Shown piece by piece: positions 48,780 through 62,150 of a DNA stretch of 64,000 nucleotides. The stretch covers positions 62,001 through 126,000 of the forward strand of contig JAQGDQ010000373.1 of the NCBI GenBank assembly GCA_030141605.1. The letters are read 5' to 3'. The notes beneath the pieces were generated by a model, which did no database searches, was not told the DNA's origin, and was given only the letters and a program-made list of their open reading frames with translations. Each line of letters opens with the position of its first letter. Position 1 is the stretch's first letter. A program made the translations under genes and the position numbers. This stretch comes from Tubiluchus corallicola (Eukaryota > Animalia > Priapulida).

Positions 48780-48924
48780 TGCCTAGGATAGAACGGATAT
48801 ATTTAATCAAAAGATGAATATTTAGCAAAGTCAATCTAGCAAAACTGGACCCAATTTCAAACTCTAGGTCAAACAATTTTTTTCAAAAATGATTTATATG
48901 AAACAATTATTACCATACATACAG

Positions 48925-49390
48925 AATTTCACGTTCGCGCCACTAGTTCTTCGCTGTTACATACATTTTGCCATTCGCTGGTTAGACGGGTAATAGCGTC
49001 AGCATTTCGAAAACGCATTGCACAAAGAACAGTTGCTGTACCTCTCAGTTCAGATGTCTTACTTTATGACAAACTACACGCATTCAACAGCTCATGCGTG
49101 AGCACAGCGGTAAATTTGAATCTTTATCTTAAAACTCACCTAATTTTATTACAACACACTGAATCTTTTACAGTAGCACTGTACTTCGATTTCGCTTTCA
49201 CAAACCCGTGCAACACACTCATGGAATATTGTTGCTGTTGAAAATTATGTTAGTTTGTGATATCATCAATAGTCGGGCTCGCCCGGCGTTAATTAAAAGT
49301 TAAATCTAATAATTGATTATCAGAAACGCTTTCGCAGTATCATTGGTGTTAAAATCTATACTTTTTCCGTACTTGAAAATGGGGTCGTAC
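48925..49390 (+). mobile_element. Unclassified dispersed repeat, copy 2
   Basis: Similar to 29460-29900. Confidence 0.7.
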
Positions 49391-50465
49391 ACTAGCACCC
49401 GATTGTTGAGAAGGATTTTAGTAGTGGATAAAAATCTGTGGAATTTGAAGAAATGAGCACCTGAATCAGTGCTGCCTGTTCATTGATTGTTAAGCCCTAC
49501 CTCAAATTATAACGCACTATTTCAGTAGCTCGAATTTATTAAACACTAAATTACTTGCTCTAAACATACACAACAATGACATTCATCACACTACTTCTTC
49601 AGTAGAATTTTACAAGGAGTGACTAAGGACTCACTTTAATTTTTGATTCTTTTTTGAAAGGCAGTAACAGAAATCTTTGGCGGTTTGTTTGGTTTCAGCT
49701 TGGATATCCGGTGACGAACTTGCCATGCCGGTTCTTCACGACTACCGCGCTCTCTGCGACCTGAGCATTATTATGTTTTAAAATTCCCGTAAAAGATGAC
49801 CGTAGAAGTATTTGTTTACTTGTATACTTTATAATTGACGCAACATCGGTAGGTTCATAAGTGAGTGATTTCCTTACATTTACAGGGTTGCATACTACAG
49901 CAAAGACAACCATAATTTAATAATTATTATTAAAAACATTGAAAATACACCGATTATAAGTAGTATATCACGTTCCATAACTGTAAGGTTTGTGCCATTT
50001 TATCTGTCAGTATCGAGCTACAAGCCAAAACATAGAACAATAGAACTAATGTTTTTCATCAGTTTAATTATCCTCTCCTGCTAAATATATTGAGCATACA
50101 ATAAAACATAATTACACTACTAATAAAAATGACCGAACTTGCATCTTAAGGTTATTGTTTAACTCCTCTCAGTAGATTTGCGTAGCAAGGTGTATGTAGT
50201 TTTAAATGTATGCTTCTCAATAATTATGACTGCTGACAGATTACTCTACTCCATAAGCATCCTATGTTGTGTAACTCAACATGTGCTGACACATTCCACA
50301 GATCAACTTTGTAGTGTCTGACTATTAACAATGGCCATGCTTGTAAATTTCTGCCATTACTGCACTATAGCTTACCGCACAAACTGCCGAATAAATTATT
50401 CAAGTGCATAGCAGAAATTTATCTGCCCACACCTGGTCCTCTTTTTATCCAGAAATAAATTTTCA

Positions 50466-50957
50466 CATTTCTGTACTGTATAGTCCACTTATAACAAGGC
50501 CTGTTATAACGAGCCTTGGGGTGCCAAGAGTAAATTTTAAAGTCCCGTGAAATCTTAGGCTTTAAACCTTGCTTTTACAGCGAGCTCGGGTATTGCGAGC
50601 TTATGCTTTATTAGGAAGAATTTTCAGACCCCACGTTTCTACTTCCTTTACATATAACAAGCTTGAATTGGAAGACAACGGGCAATTACCATTTACTCTT
50701 TTGTGATAATACAGTTGCTAAGCAGTAGTTCTTACAGAAGTGTTATTTTCATGGTTATGAGCCTATGAGCTTCATATGAGCAAATCATAGGACTCATATG
50801 AGCAAATCATAGGAGTCATATGAGCCCTATGGGCTTGATTTCTATATTGTACAGGCGCTCAAATAAGTGACATCTAATTTTCGGAAGAGGAGATATGACG
50901 TGATAAGGAGACCGGGTTCACTGTCTTTTGGAACTCGTTAAAAACGGATTATACTGT
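50466..50957. mobile_element. Degenerate Tc1/mariner-type MITE
   Basis: gtatagtccacttataac ... gttaaaaacggattatactg|TA imperfect TIRs. Confidence 0.5.
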
Positions 50958-51481
50958 AGAATGTCTGGTCATGAAACATCAAGCAGGCCTGTTACATATG
51001 ATTCATAATTACAGTTTTGCGTAATAAAATAATAAAACCATAATAGTAGAAAAAGACAAAATTTGGGTGAGCAAATACAACAGAGATTTATTATACTGAA
51101 AATGCAGAAAACGGTTCACGAATTATTTTACAATGTTTGCCAAGTTTCCCTTTGCCAAAATTTCAGCTAAAATTGTTTGCTCGATAAATGATACATGTCA
51201 AATTATTTGTGCAACAAAGCTGCCTTGTTTTTACCAAATTCTACACAAATGATGAAATGAATGGTGTGACCTAGTGGTGCTTATTAACGACAGGTGTGGT
51301 CTAATCTGACAACAGTTTCGTACAAGCAACTATTTCACTGTCCGAAGCAGATGATTTTATGCAGTACTGCATGATAACAAGGTATCAATATATGTTAATA
51401 AAACATACAGTTATTTAATTAAGCTAAATAAGTACAGAGAAGAATAAATAGGTCGACTGTAAATAGATATGCGATTACAAT

Positions 51482-51683
51482 AAGTGAAAAAAGTAGATGT
51501 TGAAACTCCATACACGTACACCATTAATGCAGAACCGGTTTCAAAGTAAGACTATTAAAGGAAAAGTCAAGCCTTGTGGGAAGTGAAAAAAGTAGATGTT
51601 GAAACTCCATACACATACACCATTAATGCAGAACTGGTTTCAAGGTAAGACTATTAAAGGAAAAGTCAAGCCTTGTGGGAAGT
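51482..51683. repeat. 99-bp tandem duplication (two copies)
   Basis: aagtgaaaaaagtagatgttgaaactcc...ttgtggg begins at 51482 and 51581. Confidence 0.92.
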
Positions 51684-54625
51684 TAGGTTTATTTCAATAT
51701 TCCACCAATGATGCATTCATTGACTGAAAAAAATTTTGAATCGAATCGAATTTCAGCATTTGAAATCCGAATCGAATTCGAATTGTGTTTGAAACATTTT
51801 CGAACCACTAGCAAAAGGTGGTCTTACAAAGATCGTGCATTTTATTTGAATTAGTTCTGCAGTAAAACCAATATTAGTTTTGCAAAGATACTGCACTAAA
51901 TTATGCTAATTGCGTGACGTTTCAAGCATTTTAATGGTTGAAATGCTGAATTTTTCAAATCTATAAATTTAGATTCGAATCTAATTCGAACTAAAAAAAC
52001 TCGTTCAAATCATATTCGAACGCTCAATGCTCATCCCTGCTGCACATTGGTTGTATCAATTAGCTACGCGTTTCATAAACACTTTTCGTAAATACCTTCG
52101 TTACGCTTTGTCACGTTTCACTGCTAACAGCAAAATAAACCTAACACGCCAAGCGACTCGTATTTTCCTTTAACATTAAAATAGTCCATAAGGAAGTTTG
52201 TTATTATCGTAATTAAGATGCTTGCAGGAGTACGTGTTACAGTATTTTTTACAGGAAACGTACATTTCTTGAACAAATGCGACTAACTGTCGAATGACTC
52301 ACCCCGGTTTATCTTAATAAATAACAGGCATGTCCTCAATGAGAGAACAAAACTCACTCACTGTTAGTTAATGTGCAAGTTTTCAACGATGTCAAAACTG
52401 CAGCGCATTCGGCATACGATGTTTTAATAATAATAATAGTAATAATAATAATAGCAATAATTATAGAAATTATAATCAATCAGTTGTTCTGGTTTATAAA
52501 TTATATCGCTTGCCAAATTAGAGTTCGGGAAATAATTCACTATTTACAAAAATATTTACGCAACAATATAAACAAAATTGTTTTTCAAAATCAAATTCTA
52601 ATTAGCCGGGCGGAGCCAAAAAGGGTTACCGTACAAAAGCTTACAAACGCACGTGAATTTAACCCTTTGGCGTCTCGCCAGTGTGAATTAAGCCAACTGT
52701 TACAAAAGCAAACATGTTCACCACACAAAAGAGAGAGAGTTCAGTGCTAACAACTTCCGTATTCTTATTTTGTTTATTTCACCCAGGCGTAAAAGTAAGC
52801 AACTTCACGCAATTAGTAAACAACGTCCTAAATTAGTAGTAAACGAGTGTTTGCCGATTTGGGAAATTATCCAAAAAAATATTCTCAATGCAGAATCAGT
52901 TCACAGATTTTACCGTTTCACAGACTTTAACAACACTGTAAAAACTAATGTGCCAGAACCTATTAATTTCCATCAAAACTAGCCCCTACTTACAACTCCC
53001 CCCCCTCCCGTGGAACAACAATAGATCAATGAACCTTAATCCCAGTGCAATGCTAAGTGCAACCCGATTCCCAGGTTAAGTCGAACTAGTTACTAAGCTC
53101 ATATCTGTTATTCACACCATCTATTATTCAACGTTACAAAAAAAATGTACACGGTATGTTTATTCAGTCACTCAAACATTCACCGTCTAATAGCCAACGC
53201 TGACACTAACTATTCAAAAAATTCCTTATGTTGCAATTAACAGTCTGAGTTACTTAGCATCTCACAGTAATTAATCCTGCGGATGATAACGCAACGAACT
53301 ATCCTTAATGAACAGTTTGATTATGTAAATTAGCTTGACATCAAGAGCAAACGTTAAAGAACATTATGTCATTCACACGCGACGTCTGCCATCCAGGCTG
53401 AACGTCGATCATTCATGCCACACACACACTTTCGCACTTCCTTATTTACACACGTTTAAATCAACGCAACTTGGTCGATTTATTAACAAAACTCACTAGA
53501 ATACAAAATCCGTATTTTGTTTTTTTGATTTTTCGCATCATTTGCGACCAAAGTTCATCGAATTCACAAAAGACCAGAGCTCAAATGGCTAAACAAAGCT
53601 ATGATTTAACAAAATAACTCAAAACCGCACAGCACACGAAATAATACCATATAATACAAGCAAGGGAGACGCACTTCACACCCTGAAGTCTCTACGCACA
53701 TCTGGCAGGTCTTTTTACAATTGGACGATCGTTAAGCTAACCTTACGTTACATGACCTACGTGGCAGAATACTGAAAGTAGAAATTAATACAAACTACTT
53801 GGTCTCATTGGGTTGCCATTGGCAGATAAGTTTCAGGGTTGCCATGCGTACAAATGTTTATCGAGTAGAATATTTATGGTGAAGTGTTTCAAACTAATAT
53901 AGATTACGTTTTAAAACGAAACAATAGCATAATTACAAAACAACTCAACGACGCTAGAAAAACAAATTGTGTGCAAAAACCTACACAAACTGTAACGTTA
54001 AAGCGTGTAATTACGTTTACGAACTCAAAAGGAGAACAATCCGCCATGAGTGACAAATGCATTGACGTAGCAGATGTTCCCAAAAAAAAAACGGAAGCCG
54101 ATTGAGAAGTTTCCGAAGTCTTGGCTTATCGGATGCTGACAATTTTGCACGTGATCAATACTAAACCATTTCTAATCCAGAGTTTCCACTTACGAAAACA
54201 AGAAAGTGGCAATCTTGTGACATGGAGCGCAAAAACACAGTCTGTCCGTGCTTGGAGGAAACTGAACAGTTTGCGTGAAGAAGAAACACTCGGCATTCGA
54301 CGCCAATCTTGAAACACCCGTTTGTTTTTGTTGACAATTACCTAAACAGATACTAGAGACCATTTTATAACACTAGAGACCGACACTGTAGCTTCGTGCA
54401 AGCAAAAACAAGGCAGTAAACAATCACCAGCATTGTCGTGCCGTTTAGTTGCTTAAATGCATCAGCCTGTTTCCGCGGCAACAGCATAAATGATGAGCTT
54501 GCAGACGTCACCCTTTTTACCAAGTGTTTTTTTCAGTCTCCGGGTCGACGTCAAAGAGTTATAAAAAAAATAAGCAGCACCGTTAAATATTTATATCACC
54601 GACAAGATGAACAGTTCACTTGTTG

Positions 54626-54779
54626 CTAGGAATCAGCCGATTTCTTTTCGATCACATGACCACTGGCAGCCTGTTCTACCTGGTGGCTGCTAGTGGTACT
54701 GTTGGGAGCTTTAATTATCACATCTGTCTTGGGTGCGGCATCGGTCGCAGTTCCATGTTGGTCTGGGATTGAAGTAAGC
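54626..54779 (-). CDS. Terminal coding exon of the minus-strand gene
   Basis: tttttgtag|G CTT ACT...; reads LTSIPDQHG...KKSADS-stop; phase matches the upstream exon. Confidence 0.65.
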
Positions 54780-54802
54780 CTACAAAAAATAAAAACAATT
54801 TT

Positions 54803-55180
54803 TTAAAGGACAAGAAAAGGGGTACCTGAAGTAGATTTCAGAAAAATCGCCTTAAAAATTCCATTACTTTATGCATATATCGTACTAACGTCAAAAGGAA
54901 TTTTTGTTTGATTTCGTTTTAAATCTCCAACAATGTTGTTCCGAAGTCTTTATTACATGACGCCATATACGCACAACGTAAATCAGGGGAAGCAAAAGAC
55001 AATGTTAAATTATGACCCAAAAAAACTTTCCATGCAAAGCTATATTACTTAGCATTTCGCTTACCTGCTGGAAAGACTTATGTAAAGAAAAAATTATTTA
55101 AAATGTTTGTGCCAATTGGTAAAATGCCATTGACTCACCCGCTAGGGTGCGCCACACACTAATAAAAATCGTTTTTCTAT
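54803..55180 (+). mobile_element. Dispersed repeat family (Kolobok-like), copy 3
   Basis: ttaaaggacaagaaaaggggtacctgaagtagatttcagaaaaatcgcc. Confidence 0.6.
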
Positions 55181-55305
55181 TGTTTTGATATAATTCTATG
55201 TTTTGATTTGATTTGGCAATTATGGAAAACACTTGTTTAACCTATATTGCCACAGTAAATGTGCCACCTGGCTAGAGTTCAGTGCACAGAGTTTGGAGAT
55301 TTGCT

Positions 55306-55997
55306 TATTTGTCTGCTTGCATAACAAAATCGTCCATAAGTCAGCAATTAACGTTTTCTAGTTATTCACATATCCTGAATCTCCATTTCATGAGGATCAT
55401 TTTGATACCAAATTCATCGCTCTGCGTTATTTCTAAGCTGAGATAATCCACGTTGATTGAAGTTGAGGTGCAGGCTGCACACTGAAAAACGTAGCTTTGA
55501 GAAAATCACTGTTAAAGTTTGGCATTGTTTTTTGTTGCGTTTCTACAAAACACTTAGCAACCACACAAATGTTGGTTGCTATGGACTTTGCGAGAAGACA
55601 TTGATAATAAATTCACAGTAGATGGCTCTTCCTGACGAAGATCTGGGCTTGGCAACAAAAGGAACCAGAAGCAAAATAACAGCTTAAATGAGCTGCTATC
55701 GGAGTTTGAAAATACAAGTTTTTTACAATTGCAGTTCTAGTTTCTAGCCAGAAAAGTGGATACGGGGTTATAAAATTGGATTTTTAGTATTTTTTGAACA
55801 TTTCCTTGATAAATTTTCTTGGCGTTAGACAACAAAAACACAAGAATATAGAAGTCCAATACGTTTAGCATTTGTTTTTTAAAAAAGCAAAAAATTGACA
55901 TTTGACCAAATTCTTGATGTATTTTACTATGAAGCATCATAAGGTAGTTTTAACAACACTGACTTATGGACGGTTTTGGTTCACAAGCACACAAATA
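55306..55997. mobile_element. TIR MITE, copy 2
   Basis: Reverse-complement homolog of 38927-39479. Confidence 0.8.
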
Positions 55998-56109
55998 TCC
56001 CATGACAGGCAGAACGCTTTTCATTCATTTTAGCGTTAACTACAGCAGATTTGAACTGTGACGCTTATTTGACGTCAACAAATTTCACCAAGTACGGAGA
56101 AACTCTTAC

Positions 56110-56289
56110 CCTGTTAAAATGTTCAGCTGGGAGAGCGATTCGGGAGGTGTAGCAAGTTCGCCCGAGGACAAGCACTTCAACTGGGGCGATTTGGCCCGGG
56201 CACCCCTTACCATCTCCTTCCGTTGCGTAATGAACTCCTGCCGCTCTTGCTGGTGCTTCTCATAAAGTTTTTTGATTTCTTCCTGCTGC
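56110..56289 (-). CDS. Coiled-coil exon of the minus-strand gene
   Basis: tttcag|G...GG|gtaaga; RQQEEIKKLYEKHQQERQEFITQRKEM... Confidence 0.75.
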
Positions 56290-56460
56290 CTGAAAAACGG
56301 AAATAAATTTACGATATAAGTTAGATCAAAGCTGGCGCAAGCTGGTTGCCGTGCTTAGTATATACGAGAAAGTATGGGACAAAACTTCATATTGAGAGTT
56401 TTTGAAGCTTGAAGGTTTTTAAACTTATTTTGTGACCCTGTCATTCGTGACAGCAAATGC

Positions 56461-56868
56461 TTAGTTCACTCATATCTCTGTTTGCCGAACCTCGCTTTTA
56501 CGGATATTGGAAACTCGGACAAAATCTGGACCGTTAAGAGCCCAGCATACATATTTTGCGAGCTGACCGCTAGTTGATGGTCCGTCACTTTGTTTACATT
56601 TACGTAGATCAGTATAACCACATGTATATCTCCATGTATAAAAAAATAGTCAATTAAGCGGAGTTATTTGTATAATGCAAAGTTATCTGACAGTTTTTAT
56701 ATATTGTGTACTAGACGTTTTTGAGACAATTAGGTGATTGATTCTACATTACCGTGAGTCCAACACACCACGCTTACTGTATTAGTTTAGTATTGGTAAA
56801 TATGGACAATCAGCAAATTCGGACGGACCACGTTTTTGTCTGGCAAACCCATATATGAATGTAAGTTC
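56461..56868. mobile_element. TIR MITE, second copy of 41424-41858
   Basis: agttcactcatatctctgtttgccgaacctcgcttttacggatattgg. Confidence 0.7.
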
Positions 56869-57109
56869 TTCTGCAATGCCAACTGAAAAGCGGTGATCTA
56901 GTGTGTACACAACAGTCGCCCGTACAAATTTGGTATCCGTTTTAATTTTTGCGTCAGCCGATTTTGGTTTTGAAAATGAATAACTGCGAGAAAAGTCAGA
57001 GAATCTGACGACTCTTAATGTAGAGTGTAAAACGTAATTCTCTAAACTAACAGTGTAATTGATGTCAACTCTTGCCAAAAGCACACTTTAGTGGTAATTG
57101 CCAAGTTCT

Positions 57110-59282
57110 CAACACACCTTTATGCGGCTAACATCAACCTTGCTCACCATACCTTTATGTGGCTAACATCAACCTTGCTCACCTCACCTTTCGTGGCTAA
57201 CATCAACCTTGCTCACCTCACCTTTCGTGGCTAACATCAACCTTGCTCACCATACCTTTATGTGGCTAACATCAACCTTGCTCACCATACCTTTATGTGG
57301 CTAACATCAACCTTGCCCACCACACCTTTTCATGGCTAACATCAACTTTGCCCACCACACCTTTCATGGCTAACATCAACCTTGCCCACCACACCTTTCG
57401 TGGCTAACATCAACCTTGCCCACCACACCTTTCGTGGCTAACATCAACTTTGCCCATCTCACCTTTCGGGGCTAACATCAACTTTGCCCACCACACCTTT
57501 CGTGACTAACATCAACTTTGCCCATCTCACCTTTCGGGGCTAACATCAACTTTGCCCACCACACCTTTCGTGGCTAACATCAACTTTGCCCACCACACCT
57601 TTCGTGGCTAACATCAACTTTGCCCACCACACCTTTCGTGGCTAACAACAACTTTGCCCACCACACCTTTCGTGGCTAACATCAACCTTGCCCTCCACAC
57701 CTTTCGTGGCTAAAATCAACTTTGCCCATCTCACCTTTCGGGGCTAACAACAACAACTTTGCCCACCACACCTTTCGGGGCTAACATCAACTTTGCCCAC
57801 CACACCTTTCGTGGCTAACATCAACTTTGCCCATCTCACCTTTCGTGGCTAACAACAACTTTGCCCACTACACCTTTCGTGGCTAACATCAACTTTGCCC
57901 ATTTCACCTTTCGTGGCTAACATCAACTTTGCCCACCACACCTTTCGTGGCTAACATCAACTTTGCCCACCACACCTTTTGTGGCTAACATCAACTTTGC
58001 CCACCACACCTTTCGTGGCTAACACCAACTTTGCCCACCACACCTTTCGTGGCTAACATCAACTTTACCCACCACACCTTTCGTGGCTAACATCAACTTT
58101 GCCCACCACACCTTTCGTGGCTAACATCAACTTTGCCCACCACACCTTTCGTGGCTAACATCAACCTTGCCCTCCACACCTTTCGTGGCTAAAATCAACT
58201 TTGCCCATCTCACCTTTCGGGGCTAACAACAACTTTTCCCACCACACCTTTCGGGGCTAACATCAACTTTGCCCACCACACCTTTCGTGGCTAACATCAA
58301 CTTTGCCCATCTCACCTTTCGTGGCTAACAACAACTTTGCCCACCACACATTTCGTGGCTAACATCAACTTTGCCCACTTCACCTTTCGTGGCTAACATC
58401 AACTTTGCCCACCACACCTTTCGTGGCTAACATCAACTTTGCCCACCTCACCTTTCGTGGCTAACATCAACTTTGCCCATCTCACCTTTTGTGGCTAACA
58501 TCAACTTTGCCCACCTCACCTTTCGTGGCTAACATCAACCTTGCTCACCTCACCTTTTGTGGCTAACATGAACCTTGCCCACCACACCTTTTGTGGCTAA
58601 CATGAACCTTGCTCACCTCACCTTTTGTGGCTAACATGAACCTTGCCCACCACACCTTTTGTGGCTAACATGAACCTTGCTCACCTCACCTTTCGTGGCT
58701 AACATCAACCTTGCCCTCCACACCTTTCGTGGCTAACATCAACTTTGCCCACCACACCTTTCGTGGCTAACATCAACTTTGCCCACCTCACCTTTCATGG
58801 CTAAAATCAACCTTGCCCACCACACCTTTCGTGGCTAACATCAACCTTGCCCACCTCACCTTTCGTGGGTAAAATCAACCTTGCCCACCACACCTTTCGT
58901 GGCTAACATCAACTTAGCCCACCACACCTTTCGTGGCTAACATCAACCTTGCCCTCCACACCTTTCGTGGCTAAAATCAACTTTGCCCACCACACCTTTC
59001 GTGGCTAACAACAACAACTTTGCCCACCACACCTTTCGTGGCTAACATCAACTTTGCCCACCTCACCTTTCGTGGCTAACATCAACCTTGCCCACCACAC
59101 CTTTCGTGGCTAAAATCAACCTTGCCCACCACACCTTTCGTGGCTAAAATCAACCTTGCCCACCACACCTTTCGTGGCTAACATCAACTTTGCCCACCAC
59201 ACCTTTCGTGGCTAAAATCAACCTTGCCCACCACACCTTTCGTGGCTAAAATCAACCTTGCCCAACTCATATTTTCATGGCC
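57110..59282. repeat. 34-bp minisatellite, about 64 copies
   Basis: Unit ctaacatcaactttgcccaccacacctttcgtgg, head-to-tail. Confidence 0.97.
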
Positions 59283-59801
59283 ACTGCTCCTAAACCTTTG
59301 TCCACCGCACCGTTTCATGGATGGACGCCACTCGTCAACATTTGTCTAGTGTACATTTTTATGGCCGCCACTCGTCGCGAACCGTACACTCATGGTCACC
59401 ACACATTGGTCTTTGCCAACCGCACATTTTCGTGGTGGCCACTCGTCCACCCTAGCCCACCGCATCGTTTCGTGGTGACCTCCGAAGTTATGACCACTAC
59501 TAAATAAATATTATGATCAAAGTAATGGATGACAGTCACGCTGCATCTACGGTGACTATACATGTCTTCTTAAATTAGACAGATAACCATTCAAGCACAG
59601 AACAGGACAGACACCGGCAAGTTCCTAGCAAATGTTAAAACCACACAAGAATGTTCGAGATGTTTTTGCAAAATCTTTGGGCAAGAGTTAATGCTTTTCT
59701 TCATGAGAGTGTGATGATGATTTGAAATCAACTAAAGACTCGTTTGTGATCATTACTAAAAAACAATCTTCAACGAGATGACAAAACGTAATTCACCTTA
59801 C

Positions 59802-59866
59802 CTGTACACAAGACTGTTGTACTCCGTGTCATCTACATCAGAGTCATCTACCGGTTCAGCGGCAAA
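59802..59866 (-). CDS. Small exon of the minus-strand gene
   Basis: ttttttag|TTT GCC...TAC AG|gtaagg; FAAEPVDDSDVDDTEYNSLVYR. Confidence 0.75.
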
Positions 59867-61212
59867 CTAAAAAAATAGAAACAATAAAATGTAGTAATTA
59901 AGCTGCAATTGAACTAATATAGTTACAATTATAGTCATACATGCAGTTATATAATGATAGTTACGAATTATTGGCAGAACATTGGTAATGCGCAATTAGC
60001 AGAGATTCTACCTCAAAACTGTTCAAAGAAAGTGACTTAATTTTACAATTCCTTTAAAAAAACACTGGATAATACATTAACTATACATCCACACATGTGA
60101 TGTATTAGTTAAAGAAACAAGATTGCGCTTCATACATAACACATTAACGCTTCGTTTCAATCTACGAAATACTGCCTAGGTAATACGAAATAAAAATCTT
60201 GAAATATTTATTTTAAACAGACGACTAGCTAAAGAACAGGAGAAAACCAGATAACTAAAACATCAGCACCCAGGTGGCAGCAGCAGTAGACAACAAGAAG
60301 CATGGAGGAACGAAACACGGTCATTCTTCTAGAAAAATTGGACTATAAAATTTATATAAAAGGGAATTATGAAATTAAATATTTCAAAAAAAAAAAAAAA
60401 TCAAACAAAAAGCTTAAATAAAGTGAGAACCAGGTCCTTTTTTGTAAATTCAGACATACTATAGTATAGTATGTGATATGATGAAAGACATGATATAAAC
60501 ATCCATTACACGTCTCCTAGGGAATAGTGGTGATCTCGAGCGGAGCGAATAGCAATCATAATTTTACTTGTTACTTTAAAGCGCAAAAAAACACTCTTCA
60601 TAAATAGAACTTAAAAATTCATTTTGAAATTTCACTTATATGCTGCCTCATTGCATACAGAGCTTGCGTTTGCAACAACGCCTGTGTAAAACTCGTAATT
60701 TAAACACCCGCGATGACCGTTAGGTACATTTAAGTAATTTGAAACATGTTTAGATTAGATTGCGAAAAGTTTGATAAAATAATCAGAGCACTCGTAGCAA
60801 ATTCTTCACTGACTAAGCAAAATTTCAAATTACATTATCTTGTCAATAAGATCATTAATGTGCTTTTGGTGAATCAGTGGTGCACACTGGGATGGCAATA
60901 CATTCCAACATTTAAATTACATAAGTCTATCAAACAGGTAAGTGTGATGCTTTGCAATATAACTTTGCATGTAAATTTCTTTGGGATTTTTTCTTCCATT
61001 TTAAACTTCAGCCCTCCGTACAGCGAGCAAAAATTGAAACAACACGTATAAAGAACTTATTTTGAAAAATTAAAAAAGCGCACAATAAACACAGTCAGTT
61101 ATGCCAGTAAAAGAAAAGCAAGGTAAAAAGAAATAGAATAAAAAGGAAGTAGTTGTACAGCTGTAGTGTGGCTGCTTTAATTTAGCTGGAAATTTGGAAG
61201 TATTTCAGAGGG

Positions 61213-61835
61213 TCAATACTCATACTTACAGTACTCATGCACACAGTACTCACATTTGCAGAACTCACATTCGCAGTACTCATGCTCACAGTACTCACAT
61301 TTGCAGTACTCATGCACACAGTACTCACATTTGCAGTACTCATGCTCACAGTACTCACACTTGCAGAACTCATATTTGCAGTACTCATGCTCACAGTACT
61401 CTCATTTGCAGTATTCACAATCACTCGCAGCACTTACACTAACATTGCTCAAATTCACAGTACTCACACTTGAGTACTCGCTATCACAGCATTCACACTG
61501 ACAGGACTCACGATACTCGTGCTCATAGAACTGACACTTGCAGTACTCAGACTCACAGTACTCACATACAAAGAACTCACACTAACAGTACTCACGCTTG
61601 AGTACTCGCTATCACAGTACTCACACTTGTGTATCACACTAACAGTACTCATGTTCACAGTACTGACACTCGTTGTACTCACACTTAAAATGCTTACACT
61701 GCTCACTGCTCACACTTGCGGTATTCACACTAACAGTACTTACACACTCACACTTGTGGGTATGCACACTAACAGTAGTCACAGTACTCATGCTGACAGA
61801 ACTGGCACTACTCACGCAGCACTCGCACTCACAGT
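61213..61835. repeat. Degenerate 15-bp tandem repeat (cagtactcacatttg / cagtactcatgctca)
   Basis: Direct observation. Confidence 0.88.
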
Positions 61836-62150
61836 AAAACAGCTTAAAAAAACTCTATTCACTGTTATCAGAAGACACGCAACGACATTTTTGTCTTGAA
61901 TACACGACACAGAGAAAGAAATTAAAAATTGCCTGTGAAGTTAAAACGGTAACTCGAACCTAATGCATTAGATGTTAAAAGCATTAATGCACACATCAAT
62001 GCCTAAGGTAGCAACGCCACACTGGTGTTTAGTTAGAAATGCCATGGCGACAATGCATTAGTACCTTTCAGAAGCCTAGGCAAAGAGCAGACAGAACAGC
62101 TAAGTGCATGCGAAAATAAAACCAAAGATAAAGAGCTCTGAAAAACGTAC

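Noticed and set aside
55630-55670. Hammerhead motif at CTGACGA
   Set aside because: No stem II closed by GAAA downstream
57110-59282. CRISPR-like array with a 34-bp period
   Set aside because: No spacers; it is a plain minisatellite
61182-61899. Overlapping repeat ORFs (STHAH, VLTFA)
   Set aside because: Produced by a 15-bp tandem repeat in an intron; no sign of coding function
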